A DNA stretch of 64,000 nt from a bacterium. Its GTDB lineage: Bacteria > Patescibacteriota > Andersenbacteria > UBA10190. The position numbers and the translations under genes are program-made. Where the stretch lies: assembly GCA_043811915.1 (NCBI GenBank), contig JBDRMS010000009.1:9960-73959 (forward strand), read 5' to 3'. The notes beneath the pieces are model-generated. The model ran no database searches and was not told the origin of the DNA. It saw only the letters and a program-made list of their open reading frames with translations. Positions 39,968-49,998 of this stretch are shown here, one piece after another; position 1 is the first letter of the stretch; the number at the start of each line of letters is the position of its first letter.

Positions 39968-40300
39968 CTAATGACTAAGAATGTCCGATCCCACTGCTTT
40001 AATCAACAGTCGGTTCATTTTGTGCGCCGCCAGATGCTTCGACTTTCCTGGCTGGGTAACCAGCACTATAGCTGGCAACGCGTCCTGATTCATTTTTTCC
40101 ACGTCGTCCAACACGTCCTCTGCCAGGCCTTCGTCAATCAACACAATACCACTTTCCCCTTCCTCTTTTATCTCTTTAAGGCGTGATACCAGGTCATTGG
40201 GCGAATCACAGGTAATGATATCAATTCCGGCTAACCGAAAGCCAAATCCCGCACCGCTCGGCCCCAAATAAGTAATCTTCGTCTGTTCTTTATTCTCCAT
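39968..40300 (-). CDS. V/A-type ATPase subunit F
   Basis: GFRLAG, GIVLIDE, PAIV, LIKAVG.DI; operon position. Confidence 0.9.
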   Translation of the reverse strand: MENKEQTKITYLGPSGAGFGFRLAGIDIITCDSPNDLVSRLKEIKEEGESGIVLIDEGLAEDVLDDVEKMNQDALPAIVLVTQPGKSKHLAAHKMNRLLIKAVGSDILSH

Positions 40301-40304
40301 AAAA

Positions 40305-41108
40305 TTATGCCAAACTTCTAAAAAGCGAGCGGTTAAGTTTTCTTAAATCAGCGCTATCCATTGCTGAGCCTTTAGCCGCCAACAACAAACGCAGGTTACG
40401 TACCTCCAACTCTTTGGCGTACCAGAAAGCCATAATCATGTCATATCCCGTCGGCTCAAAGCGATGCTGTTTAATTATTTTAATCAGCTCCTCGTCCATT
40501 TGTCGATCATATTCCGTGGCGTCGTCCTGGGGAGTAAACGGCCGCTCTCTCTTGTCTTGCCGCTCTCCCTTGTCATACCAGGCCGCTACTTCACGCATCA
40601 ACGGCGTAAAAGCCAGTTGCTTCCGCCAGGTTTGGGCACGAGACGCCGCCGCCGCCATAATATCAGCCAGACCTGCCTCTACCTCCAACTGACCTTTAAT
40701 AAAAGATTCCCATATTTCTGGCACGTTCTCCCAGCCCAAGTTATGCCACACCGTACTCTGAATAATATCAGCCGATAAACTACCTAAGGGGGACTTCTCT
40801 TTCATCGCCTCGTTGCCCCCTCTCTTCTCCATCAGTGCAGTGGCCACATTCAGTGCATCGTAACGAGCCGATATAAATTGATACACACGCTCGTCGTTCA
40901 CTCCTCCTCCCAGCCACTTGTGAACCTCCTGCAAATGTTCCTCCATCGGCCGCTCGCCATAAGGCGTGTCCACTAACACGTGTCTGGCTTCCTCAATCGA
41001 CTTAGCCTCAATCAGGCGTGTGTACTCGTCGTCCTCAAGAAACCCTCTTTCCCATTCTCGGATAACGCCTATTAAATATGGCGTATCTGCTTTTGTCATT
41101 TTATTCAA
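40305..41108 (-). CDS. ntpC: V/A-type ATPase subunit C (d), shortened
   Basis: IR.WE..FL....Y.RLIEA, DTPYG, KELEVRNLRLLL..K; operon position. Confidence 0.85.
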   Translation of the reverse strand: MNKMTKADTPYLIGVIREWERGFLEDDEYTRLIEAKSIEEARHVLVDTPYGERPMEEHLQEVHKWLGGGVNDERVYQFISARYDALNVATALMEKRGGNEAMKEKSPLGSLSADIIQSTVWHNLGWENVPEIWESFIKGQLEVEAGLADIMAAAASRAQTWRKQLAFTPLMREVAAWYDKGERQDKRERPFTPQDDATEYDRQMDEELIKIIKQHRFEPTGYDMIMAFWYAKELEVRNLRLLLAAKGSAMDSADLRKLNRSLFRSLA

Positions 41109-41658
41109 ACAAGATTTTAGCTATTTCTGCCCGATGGCGAGCGAACACATTTTTTACTAACTCGTTCACCAGCGCATTCACTTCAACCTCGGCATCGCTA
41201 TACACAAAACCGCCATCACCCGACACCGTTTTATCTTTAATCTTAAGACCTTTCTTTTCAGCCTCGCGCGACACTACTTCCTGATGTTTTTCACCCGCCG
41301 TTACTGATCCTTTTCCTTCGGGCAACTGCGCCAGCAAGGTTTTTATTAAGGATTTTACCTTGTTCTCATCCCAGGACATTATTGTATCTACGGCATTCCG
41401 TGTCGTCTTATTCAGCTCCTCCTGTTTAACTCGCAGAATATCAGCCCGTGCCGCCAGTTGAGCTTCCTGGTGCAGGCTTTTAACTTGCCGTTCTCCCTCC
41501 GCTCTGGCCTGATCGATAATATCCTCTTCCACTTCCTTGGCACGTTCCTTTATTCTATTCTCCTCCTTCTCTACTTCCTGCCGATAACGTTCTTTTGTGG
41601 CCTCCGCCTGCTCACGGGCTTCAGTAATTAATGTCTGTTGTAGTTGCGTAAACGACAT
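41101..41658 (-). CDS. ntpE: V/A-type ATPase subunit E
   Basis: N-terminal coiled coil, GGFVY.....EVN, EIAKILF. Confidence 0.88.
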   Translation of the reverse strand: MSFTQLQQTLITEAREQAEATKERYRQEVEKEENRIKERAKEVEEDIIDQARAEGERQVKSLHQEAQLAARADILRVKQEELNKTTRNAVDTIMSWDENKVKSLIKTLLAQLPEGKGSVTAGEKHQEVVSREAEKKGLKIKDKTVSGDGGFVYSDAEVEVNALVNELVKNVFARHRAEIAKILFE

Positions 41659-42131
41659 TACAACCCCAGTCCGTTGATCAGTAGAATACTAACCAGTAAG
41701 CCCAACACAGCGTACGTCTCCACAATGGCCGAGATAATCACTCCCTTACCAGAGGCATCTGGTTTTTTAGCTGTAATATTAACAGCTGCCGCGCATACTC
41801 GTCCCTGAAATAAACCAGAGAAAAGACCAGCTATACCAACTGGCAATGAAGCCACTAGTACCTGCCACCCCTGGGCTACACTTAAGTCGGCCAGCTCGCC
41901 GCCCAGCAGTCCGATAGCGTTAGCAATAATAATGGCGGCCAAAAAGCCGTAAATACCCTGTGAGCCAGGCAGTGCTGTCAGGAGAAGCACTTTACCAAAC
42001 TTATCAGGATCTTCAGAGATAACACCAGCACTGGCTTGCGCCGCTGTGCGTACTCCGAATATTGACCCCAGACCAGCTAATGATGCTGCCAGGGCCGCCC
42101 CCCCTAATGCAATCACGATTCCGTAAGGCAT
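41658..42131 (-). CDS. ntpK: V/A-type ATPase subunit K (four-helix proteolipid)
   Basis: PDKFGK.LLL.ALPGSQGIYG, SG.FQG.V, IVETYAVLG. Confidence 0.96.
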   Translation of the reverse strand: MPYGIVIALGGAALAASLAGLGSIFGVRTAAQASAGVISEDPDKFGKVLLLTALPGSQGIYGFLAAIIIANAIGLLGGELADLSVAQGWQVLVASLPVGIAGLFSGLFQGRVCAAAVNITAKKPDASGKGVIISAIVETYAVLGLLVSILLINGLGL

Positions 42132-42170
42132 AGTTTATTTGTTATAAATTAATGATTTTAAAGATTAATA

Positions 42171-44162
42171 TTAAACGAATTCGTTAGGATTATCAACGTA
42201 ATGGCTGACTCGACCCAGTGGTTTGTATGATTCCCCGCCCCCCTCCAGAAATTTAGGAAAGAACTCAACAAACTGCAGACGACCGGAATGAATAAAGGCG
42301 CCTAAAGCATTGATCCCCAGATTAAACACATGGCCTACCAGTAAAACAACTGCCGCCAATAAATATCCTACTATTGGGATTGAATCCACTACCATACCAC
42401 TAATCATGTTGACCACCAGGGCAATAATTCCTGTTGCCAGCCCCAGGGCCAATAGCCGGGAATAACTCAAGGTATCACTCAAAAAGCTTACTAATCCATA
42501 CAAGCTAAGGACTCCTACTCCCACTTTCAACAAAGGGTTCTTATAAGAGCGCCCCTGGGTCAAAATCAAAATACCGGCGTTAACCAGCACCAAATTAAGC
42601 AATGGCCCGCTAAGCGACGTCGACAAAACACCACGCGCGCTGCCCGCCCAGGTCAGCAGGAAAATTATCATGGTAATCCAGGCCACATCGTCAAATAGCA
42701 CTGCCACATATTGCTTCTGCCGCCAATGATCATAACCTCTTACCACCCAGGCAAACAGCAGCTGCATAATTCCCACCGCAAAAGCCACCAGCAGCAAAGT
42801 CATAGGCGAACTTACCGGGTCAAGTAATTTAACCGACAACAACAAATCACGGACATCACTCTTCGGCAGGTTCCCCAGGTTAATACCAAACCAGCCGCCG
42901 GTTAGCGCTCCAAATATCAAGGTTGACGCCCCGGCATAAAACAATAGTCTAATCATTTTACGCATACTCTTCTTCAAGCGGAAAAATTTCCCCGCTGCCC
43001 ACATCAAAAGCATCATCACAATACCGTAACCAGCGTCCGTTAGTGCCAGGCCAAAAGCCACCAAAAAGAAAATAGATAGCGCCGGCGACGGGTCCAGCTC
43101 ATTATATTTAGGTTTTCCGTAAATATCTGTTACTACCTCGAAAGGTTGCACATAAGGCTTATTATCAAAAAGCACCGGCCTCTTCTCTTTTTTTCCTGGC
43201 CTGGCCTGTTCAATACACGCTGTCGGGAAATATTTTTTTAGATCCTCCGTAAATTTCTCCAGCCGTCGCTGCGGTATCCAACCCGATATTATCACCGCCA
43301 GCGACAGTCGTCCCATCGTCTGCCTGGTCGTCAATCGTTCCTTATGATGCAACAAGGCATCGTAAGCAAATTTTAACTGGCGCTCCAGTTTTACAAACTT
43401 TTCTGCCCCCTCCAGCAAGCGCACCTCTTCAGCCGCTAAATTGTCCACCTGTTGCTTCAGACCATCAGCGTATTCAGATACCGTTTTTTGGTCTGGCACA
43501 TCAAGCGTTATCAACTCGGTGTTTGTTTGCTGTATTACATCGATCAACTTATCGGCTTCGCTATTGTGCACCACCACCTCCAAATATACCGTACCGCCCT
43601 TTTTTTCTGCCAATCTGCCCACTTCATTCAAAGCCAAAGTACCAATATTCTGCATTCTTTTCTTAACCAGTAACGACTCCTGCACACTAACTGACAACAG
43701 GTAGTGGCGTACCACACCACTTTTTCTCATTTCCTTACCCGTGATCTTTAACCCCTGCCATGGCGCAACCTCTTTCTCCGCATCAATTATTTCCTGGTGC
43801 TTCGCTCTATTCTGCACTAACAAATCATTGCGCTGGCGAATCTCTTCCAATAAATTACTCGTTTCCAAAGACTCCCACACCTGTTCCAGGCGTTCCAGAG
43901 TAGCCTGCGGTTTAGCAGCAAACAGATGTCTTATTGAGCGCTTTTCCTCCAGGCGCAGGTCTTTCTTAACTCTCCCGATAAACTCCAGCGCAAACTGTAA
44001 CTGGGCTAATTGATAGTTAAGCTCTCCCTCTCCGGCACTGTTGGCTTTATTCTTGTGCGTTGCCGTCACGTGCAAAACTTCCTTTTCCTGCAACCAGCGT
44101 AACAGATTTTCCTCCTCGCGTTTAGGTACAGCTATCTGCACTTTGGTCATCTCGGCAATCAT
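42171..44162 (-). CDS. ntpI: V/A-type ATPase subunit I (a)
   Basis: YG.P.YNELDP, DAGYG, SDTLSYSRLLALGLA, FIHSGRLQFVEFF.KF. Confidence 0.96.
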   Translation of the reverse strand: MIAEMTKVQIAVPKREEENLLRWLQEKEVLHVTATHKNKANSAGEGELNYQLAQLQFALEFIGRVKKDLRLEEKRSIRHLFAAKPQATLERLEQVWESLETSNLLEEIRQRNDLLVQNRAKHQEIIDAEKEVAPWQGLKITGKEMRKSGVVRHYLLSVSVQESLLVKKRMQNIGTLALNEVGRLAEKKGGTVYLEVVVHNSEADKLIDVIQQTNTELITLDVPDQKTVSEYADGLKQQVDNLAAEEVRLLEGAEKFVKLERQLKFAYDALLHHKERLTTRQTMGRLSLAVIISGWIPQRRLEKFTEDLKKYFPTACIEQARPGKKEKRPVLFDNKPYVQPFEVVTDIYGKPKYNELDPSPALSIFFLVAFGLALTDAGYGIVMMLLMWAAGKFFRLKKSMRKMIRLLFYAGASTLIFGALTGGWFGINLGNLPKSDVRDLLLSVKLLDPVSSPMTLLLVAFAVGIMQLLFAWVVRGYDHWRQKQYVAVLFDDVAWITMIIFLLTWAGSARGVLSTSLSGPLLNLVLVNAGILILTQGRSYKNPLLKVGVGVLSLYGLVSFLSDTLSYSRLLALGLATGIIALVVNMISGMVVDSIPIVGYLLAAVVLLVGHVFNLGINALGAFIHSGRLQFVEFFPKFLEGGGESYKPLGRVSHYVDNPNEFV

Positions 44163-44479
44163 GCCGTATATTCCTTAGCAAACAGCGCTACCACCTTGTC
44201 CGTCGCTTGTTGTCTGTTACCATCCGCTATTTTGTGCAAGGCTGCCACGGACCGCTCCCTATCCTGCTTCATAGCGTTTATCTCCGCTTGGGTTTTTTGC
44301 ACCTGTTCTCTAATAATTTGCTGCCCCTGTTTTTCTGCTCTCACTCGTACCTCTTCCACCACATCACCTTCAGCCGCTCGGATATCTGACAACTGCTCCC
44401 GGCAATCTTTCTCCACTTGAGCAAGACGGTCCTTAATCTCTTGTTCTACTTGGTCCACTTTATCTAGTAGGCTTTCCAT
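44159..44479 (-). CDS. V/A-type ATPase peripheral stalk subunit G/H
   Basis: 106-aa charged coiled coil, first gene of the operon, stop overlaps the ntpI start. Confidence 0.75.
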   Translation of the reverse strand: MESLLDKVDQVEQEIKDRLAQVEKDCREQLSDIRAAEGDVVEEVRVRAEKQGQQIIREQVQKTQAEINAMKQDRERSVAALHKIADGNRQQATDKVVALFAKEYTA

Positions 44480-44676
44480 AATCTCTTTCCATTATAAATA
44501 AAATCCGCTCAAGTGCGGACCAAAAAACCATAACCTTTCCATTCTATATACCGCGCGGCTCACTGTCAAGAACCCTTAGATATTGCCATGACAAAACAAA
44601 TATTGTCTAATATCCAGTCGTAACCCAAACCAGGCCGACGTAATAGCCGACCTGGTTTTTGGCTCAAAAAATATCT

Positions 44677-45234
44677 TTACAGCTTTTCAATCACTTCCTT
44701 GGCTCCGTCGACGCTACTTCCCAACACGTCTTTGACTGACTCCACCGCCTCCGTGCTCACCTTACCTGCCGCATCGATAGCGCCCGTCACTGCATTGGTT
44801 GTAGCAGTGCCTACGTCCCCGCCCACTTCTTTTACCGCATCAACAGCGCCTTGCACAGCGCCAACTGCAGCTCCAGTTACATCACCACCTAAATCGCTAG
44901 TGCCCTGCACTGCCGCCGACACCGTGTTCTTCACCACACTGCCAACATCACCGCCGGCTTCTGATACGCCTTTTATTGTACCGCGCACCACGCCGGTTAC
45001 AGCATTTGTCCCGGCTTTGCCAGCTGCTTCAGTGCCTTGCAGTGCGCCCACTACAACATCGCTGACGTTTTCTACCGCCGTCGTGGTAATGTCGCCGGCT
45101 CCCTCCAGGAACGAAACAACATTGCCTCGCACCGTGTCAAACAAAGTGTCATACACTTCATCGACCCCCTCCAACACTCCAACAATAGTGTTTTTTATTT
45201 TTTCTCCTAATTCCCCTAAAACACTGTCTGTCAT
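44677..45234 (-). CDS. hypothetical protein with 22-residue amphipathic repeats
   Basis: GGDV repeated at 22-aa spacing (EAGGDVG, DLGGDVT, EVGGDVG); downstream hairpin at about 44628-44660. Confidence 0.75.
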   Translation of the reverse strand: MTDSVLGELGEKIKNTIVGVLEGVDEVYDTLFDTVRGNVVSFLEGAGDITTTAVENVSDVVVGALQGTEAAGKAGTNAVTGVVRGTIKGVSEAGGDVGSVVKNTVSAAVQGTSDLGGDVTGAAVGAVQGAVDAVKEVGGDVGTATTNAVTGAIDAAGKVSTEAVESVKDVLGSSVDGAKEVIEKL

Positions 45235-45304
45235 AGTTAAAATATAATAATAATTAATAAGTTAATTTATCCACACCCCCTATACTATTCTAGCACGTAG
45301 TATT

Positions 45305-46072
45305 CTATTTTGCTTCAAACTCACTCACTGCTGTCCTGTAGCGGCACCAGTCACAATCCTGCCCCGCCGTGGGCAGCTCCTCCCCCATTAGGCATTCCTT
45401 AATGTCGTATAATGTCTCATCCACCCAATCCGACTTACCCGTGTATGGCAAAATAGTTACATCAAACTCAAGCTTACCGTCGAAAGCCTCTCTATCTGTC
45501 CGTCCGTTAGCATAAACGAAGTACCCCGTATTTGAGACTTTAAAATCATTTTGCCGCAACAACCACTGATATACTTCAATTTGCCTTTTGTAACTTATCT
45601 GCCACGGTGCCTCCAGATTTACCTGCCCGTTCTTGGCCGTCGCCTTATAATCCACCACAATAAGCTCACCTGCCGGATTCACCCATACATCATCAATTCC
45701 GCCGGATATCGTGAGATTAGTTGGCTTGTGGTAATGTCGTACTCCCCGAAAAGGGTCTCGCCACATGTCCAAATCATTATGCTGATAAGGCACCGCCTCT
45801 ATTTCATACGTCTTCATTAAAGGATGCTGTTCCTGCCTGACCCGGTGTATATCGAATTCCTTTTTAAACAAAGTATCAACAGCCGAATTCAAATTAAAAG
45901 GAAAACCGGGCGGGCGCGCTACCCCCAAACGTCTGTCCAGATAAAAACAGCGCGGACAATCCTGGAATAAATCTATTTTTGACCGGCTGATGTTAAAAGA
46001 CTCCCTTGCAACCGGGTCAAAGACTCCCCTTACCCGCTTAGGATTATAGTACTGCGACATGCCGCTCATCAT
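45305..46072 (-). CDS. PD-(D/E)XK nuclease, Cas4/RecB-like, standalone
   Basis: SRSKI..F..CPRCFY, G.IDD, VVDYK, QIEVY, C-terminal CDWC.Y. Confidence 0.85.
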   Translation of the reverse strand: MMSGMSQYYNPKRVRGVFDPVARESFNISRSKIDLFQDCPRCFYLDRRLGVARPPGFPFNLNSAVDTLFKKEFDIHRVRQEQHPLMKTYEIEAVPYQHNDLDMWRDPFRGVRHYHKPTNLTISGGIDDVWVNPAGELIVVDYKATAKNGQVNLEAPWQISYKRQIEVYQWLLRQNDFKVSNTGYFVYANGRTDREAFDGKLEFDVTILPYTGKSDWVDETLYDIKECLMGEELPTAGQDCDWCRYRTAVSEFEAK

Positions 46073-46162
46073 AGCCTATTGTCCGCTGCCGGTCTATGTG
46101 ATACATTACCAGGCCTGTTCGTTATTAAATTTTTCGGCGTCAATTAATTAAAGGAGACAGCT

Positions 46163-46597
46163 GTGAGCGTAGTAGACAAAAATCGTCCTATACTGCTTAT
46201 AAACGCTTCCGGTGACCAAAATTCAACCGTGCAGGAGTGCACTGCATTCCTGGGTCAACACTGGTCTGCCGGAGTTGAAATCTGGCCAGACACACCAAGC
46301 CATCCCGCTGCAGCCATAGTTCTTTGTGGAAGCAAAGATCTGAAAAATGGTCAGGCACGATGCCTTCGACTATTAATAAGCTGGCGCGTACCAGTACTGG
46401 TCATCAATACCAGCGGCCGCCACAACTACTCCTGGGCCAACCTGGCGACACGTAACAATCGCGTCAAGTACGCTGTCGCTGACGGCAAAGCCTGGTACGA
46501 CGTCTGCTTTCACTTTTTGCACTCTCTTAAGCAGAGTCTGGAAGCAAACGACTTCAGGCTCCTGGCCACATCCCTCAACGAACGCCAGCAACTCTAA
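46163..46597 (+). CDS. hypothetical protein
   Basis: AAGGAG before GTG; GCATCAG...CTGATGC-T7 terminator follows. Confidence 0.6.
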   Translation: MSVVDKNRPILLINASGDQNSTVQECTAFLGQHWSAGVEIWPDTPSHPAAAIVLCGSKDLKNGQARCLRLLISWRVPVLVINTSGRHNYSWANLATRNNRVKYAVADGKAWYDVCFHFLHSLKQSLEANDFRLLATSLNERQQL

Positions 46598-46634
46598 ACT
46601 CAAACCGCATCAGCGTAAAACACCTGATGCTTTT

Positions 46635-47030
46635 TTATTTCAGCAGTTCAATCTTACCAATCAGCGGCAACGGCTTGGTCTCCCCGTTGGATGCGTTGAT
46701 GATACCCATAATCATGAAGACAACGCCCCCGATGCAAACAATCGGGTACAGCAGCGCGCCAATGAAAATAAACATCAACATCGAAGCCAAAACACTACCG
46801 ACCACCCACCATAACAACAAATTCAACTGCTGATTAGCGTGGTACTTGGCAAACCGATTACCTTTAGCTTCTTCAGACAACAGGGGAATAAAGAATAAAA
46901 ATGGCAAAATATAACCCAAAATAGCTATGGTCTTGTGTTGACTGTCATCACCACTCGCCGGAGGCGGCGGCTGTGGAGGCATCGGCCCCGGCTGTTGTGG
47001 CTGCCCTTGATTCAATTGCTCTTCATTCAT
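46635..47030 (-). CDS. DUF4870-like membrane protein
   Basis: Pro/Gln-rich N-terminus, AILGYI..LFFIPL, FAKYHANQ, GIINA.NGE.KPLPLIG. Confidence 0.85.
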   Translation of the reverse strand: MNEEQLNQGQPQQPGPMPPQPPPPASGDDSQHKTIAILGYILPFLFFIPLLSEEAKGNRFAKYHANQQLNLLLWWVVGSVLASMLMFIFIGALLYPIVCIGGVVFMIMGIINASNGETKPLPLIGKIELLK

Positions 47031-47169
47031 AAATATTTTTTTATTTAGACAAGTTAACAATCTAAGTGTATCACACCCCCCTCTCTTGTCCTAATGACAA
47101 TAAACAAAAAAAGAGCCCGCCAGGAATGGGGGCTGAAAAAATGTGTCTCTTCTCTTCTCTTGTCTCGTC

Positions 47170-47337
47170 TCAACTCGAAAGCTGGTCCAGTTGAGCCTCT
47201 TTTCGTGCCTTACGCCATGCCTCAGCTTCCTCAATCCAACGGTCATAATCAGCATCTTCGGCCGGCGGTAACGGCAGTCTCTCCGGTTCTCTTCCCCTTG
47301 CGGCTACGCATTTAATCTGATCATTCTCTGATGGCAT
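47170..47337 (-). CDS. small hypothetical protein (55 aa, below ORF-track cutoff)
   Basis: MPSENDQIKCVAARGREPERLPLPPAEDADYDRWIEEAEAWRKARKEAQLDQLSS*; AAGGAG SD and boxA-like motif upstream. Confidence 0.55.
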   Translation of the reverse strand: MPSENDQIKCVAARGREPERLPLPPAEDADYDRWIEEAEAWRKARKEAQLDQLSS

Positions 47338-47448
47338 CCGTGTTTCTCCTTAATCTCAAGACAGGGTCAAAAGGTACAACGTTCATACCCTGTCATACTA
47401 GTTATGAAAATGCAAGACAACTTTTCCACTTCATCCACATAAGGGCTC

Positions 47449-48438
47449 TTAGATCATCTTCCTCTTTATTAAACTCCTTACGCTGTCCACGATTGCGTCC
47501 ACGTCCATTCGATACTTCCTTAACAATTCTTCCGGCTCCCCTGATTCGCCAAACGAATCATGCATACCAATAAACTTCATTGGCACTGGATAAGTCTCGG
47601 CCAGAAACTCTGCTACAGCACTACCTACTCCGCCCATTACCTGGTGTTCTTCACATGTCACCACCGCCCCGCACTCTTTAGCCGCCTGGGTAATAGTCTT
47701 TTCATCAAGTGGCTTAACAGATGGACAATTAATTACCCGGCAGGAAATATCTTTTTCAATTAATCGGTCAGCCGCCATCAACGCCGTATGCACAATAGGA
47801 CCAGCCGCGATTATAGCTACGTCATTACCCTCACGGAACACTTGCGCTTTTCCCGGTTTAAATGGAGTTTTTTCTGTCGTGAACACCGGCGAAGCCGCCC
47901 GGGCAAAGCGAAAGTAAACCGGACCCTGTATCTTTATTGCTTCGTGCACCACCTTGCGTGTCTCTTCCATATCACATGGTACCAGCACTGTCATACGCGG
48001 CAGCACCCTGGTTAAAGCAATATCTTCCAGAGCTTGGTGTGTAGCCCCGTCCGGTCCAACCGATACTCCCGTGTGAGCCCCGGCGTATTTCACATTAGTG
48101 TCATTATAACAACCGGAAATACGAATCTGGTCCCAGTTGCGCCCGGGTGAAAATACGGCATAAGTAGAAATAAAAGGAACCTTCCCTTGCAAAGCCAGCC
48201 CCGCTGCCAGCACGGCCATGTTCTGCTCCTGAATACCAGCCTGAATAAACCGCTCCGGGAATCGGTCCCGGAATAGGGCAGTTTTGGTTGAATCAGATAA
48301 ATCTCCGCACAGTACTACTATTCTATCATCTCTCTCTCCTGCTTCCACTAAGCCCATCCCAAATCCATCTCGCGTCGGCGCCGTACCAACATCCTTACTT
48401 AAAGTATCTCTCTTTAAATATGCTTTCTTAGCCAACAT
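47449..48438 (-). CDS. transketolase C-terminal subunit
   Basis: TRDGFG, GIQEQNM, GPDGATHQALED, GPVYFR, EEHQ..GG.GS. Confidence 0.95.
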   Translation of the reverse strand: MLAKKAYLKRDTLSKDVGTAPTRDGFGMGLVEAGERDDRIVVLCGDLSDSTKTALFRDRFPERFIQAGIQEQNMAVLAAGLALQGKVPFISTYAVFSPGRNWDQIRISGCYNDTNVKYAGAHTGVSVGPDGATHQALEDIALTRVLPRMTVLVPCDMEETRKVVHEAIKIQGPVYFRFARAASPVFTTEKTPFKPGKAQVFREGNDVAIIAAGPIVHTALMAADRLIEKDISCRVINCPSVKPLDEKTITQAAKECGAVVTCEEHQVMGGVGSAVAEFLAETYPVPMKFIGMHDSFGESGEPEELLRKYRMDVDAIVDSVRSLIKRKMI

Positions 48439-49312
48439 AGTCTCCTGCCTGTTTATCCAGAGCATTTAATTGCCTCAAGGCTTCTTTTATCTGCTGGTCC
48501 TTGGGCGGCGTTCTCTCTGTTTCTAGTTTACCTGGTGTCACACCATGCCAACGAAAATCATCTTCCATGAAATCAACTCCCTTACCCGGTGTAGTGTGTG
48601 CAATTATCAACACTGATTTTTCCACAATGGCCTTGGCCTCACGGCAGGCATCGATCAACTCCTCAATATTATGCCCGTCGGCATCAATCACATGCCAGCC
48701 AAAAGCCTCATATTTATCCCGCAGTGGCTCTTTAGTCATCACGTCTTCCGTCATGCCATCAATTTGAATATTGTTTCTATCCATAATGGCCGTCAGATGC
48801 TGTAATTTGTAGTGTCCCGCAAATGCAGCCGACTCCCATATTGAACCCTCATCCTGTTCGCCATCTGACATCACGCAAAAAGTCTGGTATCTTTTACCAT
48901 CCAGTTCTGCTGCCAAAGCTGAGCCACAAGCAATACCAAGTCCCTGGCCTAAACTGGCTGCCGACGATTCCACCCCCGGCACCGTCAACCTGTCTAAATG
49001 TCCTTGCAGACGCGTGCCTAACTTACGTAACGTTTTCAGTTCCTCGACGGGGAAAAATCCAGCCCGCGCCAGCGCCGCGTACCACACCGGCGCCGTATGA
49101 CCACAAGACACAAAAAGCCGGTCCCTATCCGGATCGTCTCTCCTTGCCGGGTCAATATTCATCACGTTGAAGTACAACACCGTAGCTATATCAGCCAAAC
49201 CCAGCGGTCCCGCCGTATGTCCCGAACCTGCCTCCGCCAGCATATTGATAATATCTTTACGCAAAGTATTCGCCATCCGATTCAGATCTCCCAGCTTCGT
49301 TAGCCTCTTCAT
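48428..49312 (-). CDS. transketolase N-terminal subunit
   Basis: GSGH, DRDR.F.S.GH, LQGH, SLGQG, SDGE..EG..WE, DRN..QIDG, GKGV. Confidence 0.95.
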   Translation of the reverse strand: MKRLTKLGDLNRMANTLRKDIINMLAEAGSGHTAGPLGLADIATVLYFNVMNIDPARRDDPDRDRLFVSCGHTAPVWYAALARAGFFPVEELKTLRKLGTRLQGHLDRLTVPGVESSAASLGQGLGIACGSALAAELDGKRYQTFCVMSDGEQDEGSIWESAAFAGHYKLQHLTAIMDRNNIQIDGMTEDVMTKEPLRDKYEAFGWHVIDADGHNIEELIDACREAKAIVEKSVLIIAHTTPGKGVDFMEDDFRWHGVTPGKLETERTPPKDQQIKEALRQLNALDKQAGDYVG

Positions 49313-49320
49313 AAGGTTGA

Positions 49321-49998
49321 TTATAACACACTATCTTCAATCGCCGCTTCAGCCAGTAATCTCAACTGCTCCAGGCTTTCCAGTGGACTTCCCCGGCCAA
49401 AAATAGACGTATTGGCACACAAAATATCAGCCCCTGCTTTCACATAAGCCTCCACCGTTTCCTTACCAACATGCCCATCAACCGCCACCGGCATCTCGGC
49501 ATGCTTATCCTTAAACTGCCCCACCTTTCGATAAACCGCCGGGTTTATCTCTTGGCCCGCCCACCCCGGGTTGTAGCCCATAAACAGCACATAGTCGATT
49601 AGGCCTAAATATTCTTCCAGTCGTTCATTCGGTGTCTCTGGATTTACTGCCAGCGCCAGCTCGCTACTTGTTGCTTCCCGCAATTTTTCATAAGCAAAAA
49701 AAAGGTCATTTGTCCCGGAAAACGCTTCCAGATGAAATACACACCGAGCCGGATTTAAATCAATAACATCATCCACAAAATTAGCCGGGGTATGCACCAT
49801 TAAATGCAGTTCCGCCTTCTCGCTTTTCGTTAATTGCTTGAGCCGTCTGATATTTCTGAACGTTGGCTCTCCGGCGAATACGCCATCTGTCACATCAATT
49901 TGAATATGCATGGCCGCTTCACGGACTTTATCCCAATCCTCCTCTATTTTCTCGAATGTCTTGCGCAGGATGGCTGGTACTATCTCAACCATTCTCAT
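49321..49998 (-). CDS. rpe: ribulose-phosphate 3-epimerase
   Basis: IQIDV.DG.F, ELHLMV, NPETP, M..NPG..GQ, VDG. Confidence 0.92.
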   Translation of the reverse strand: MRMVEIVPAILRKTFEKIEEDWDKVREAAMHIQIDVTDGVFAGEPTFRNIRRLKQLTKSEKAELHLMVHTPANFVDDVIDLNPARCVFHLEAFSGTNDLFFAYEKLREATSSELALAVNPETPNERLEEYLGLIDYVLFMGYNPGWAGQEINPAVYRKVGQFKDKHAEMPVAVDGHVGKETVEAYVKAGADILCANTSIFGRGSPLESLEQLRLLAEAAIEDSVL

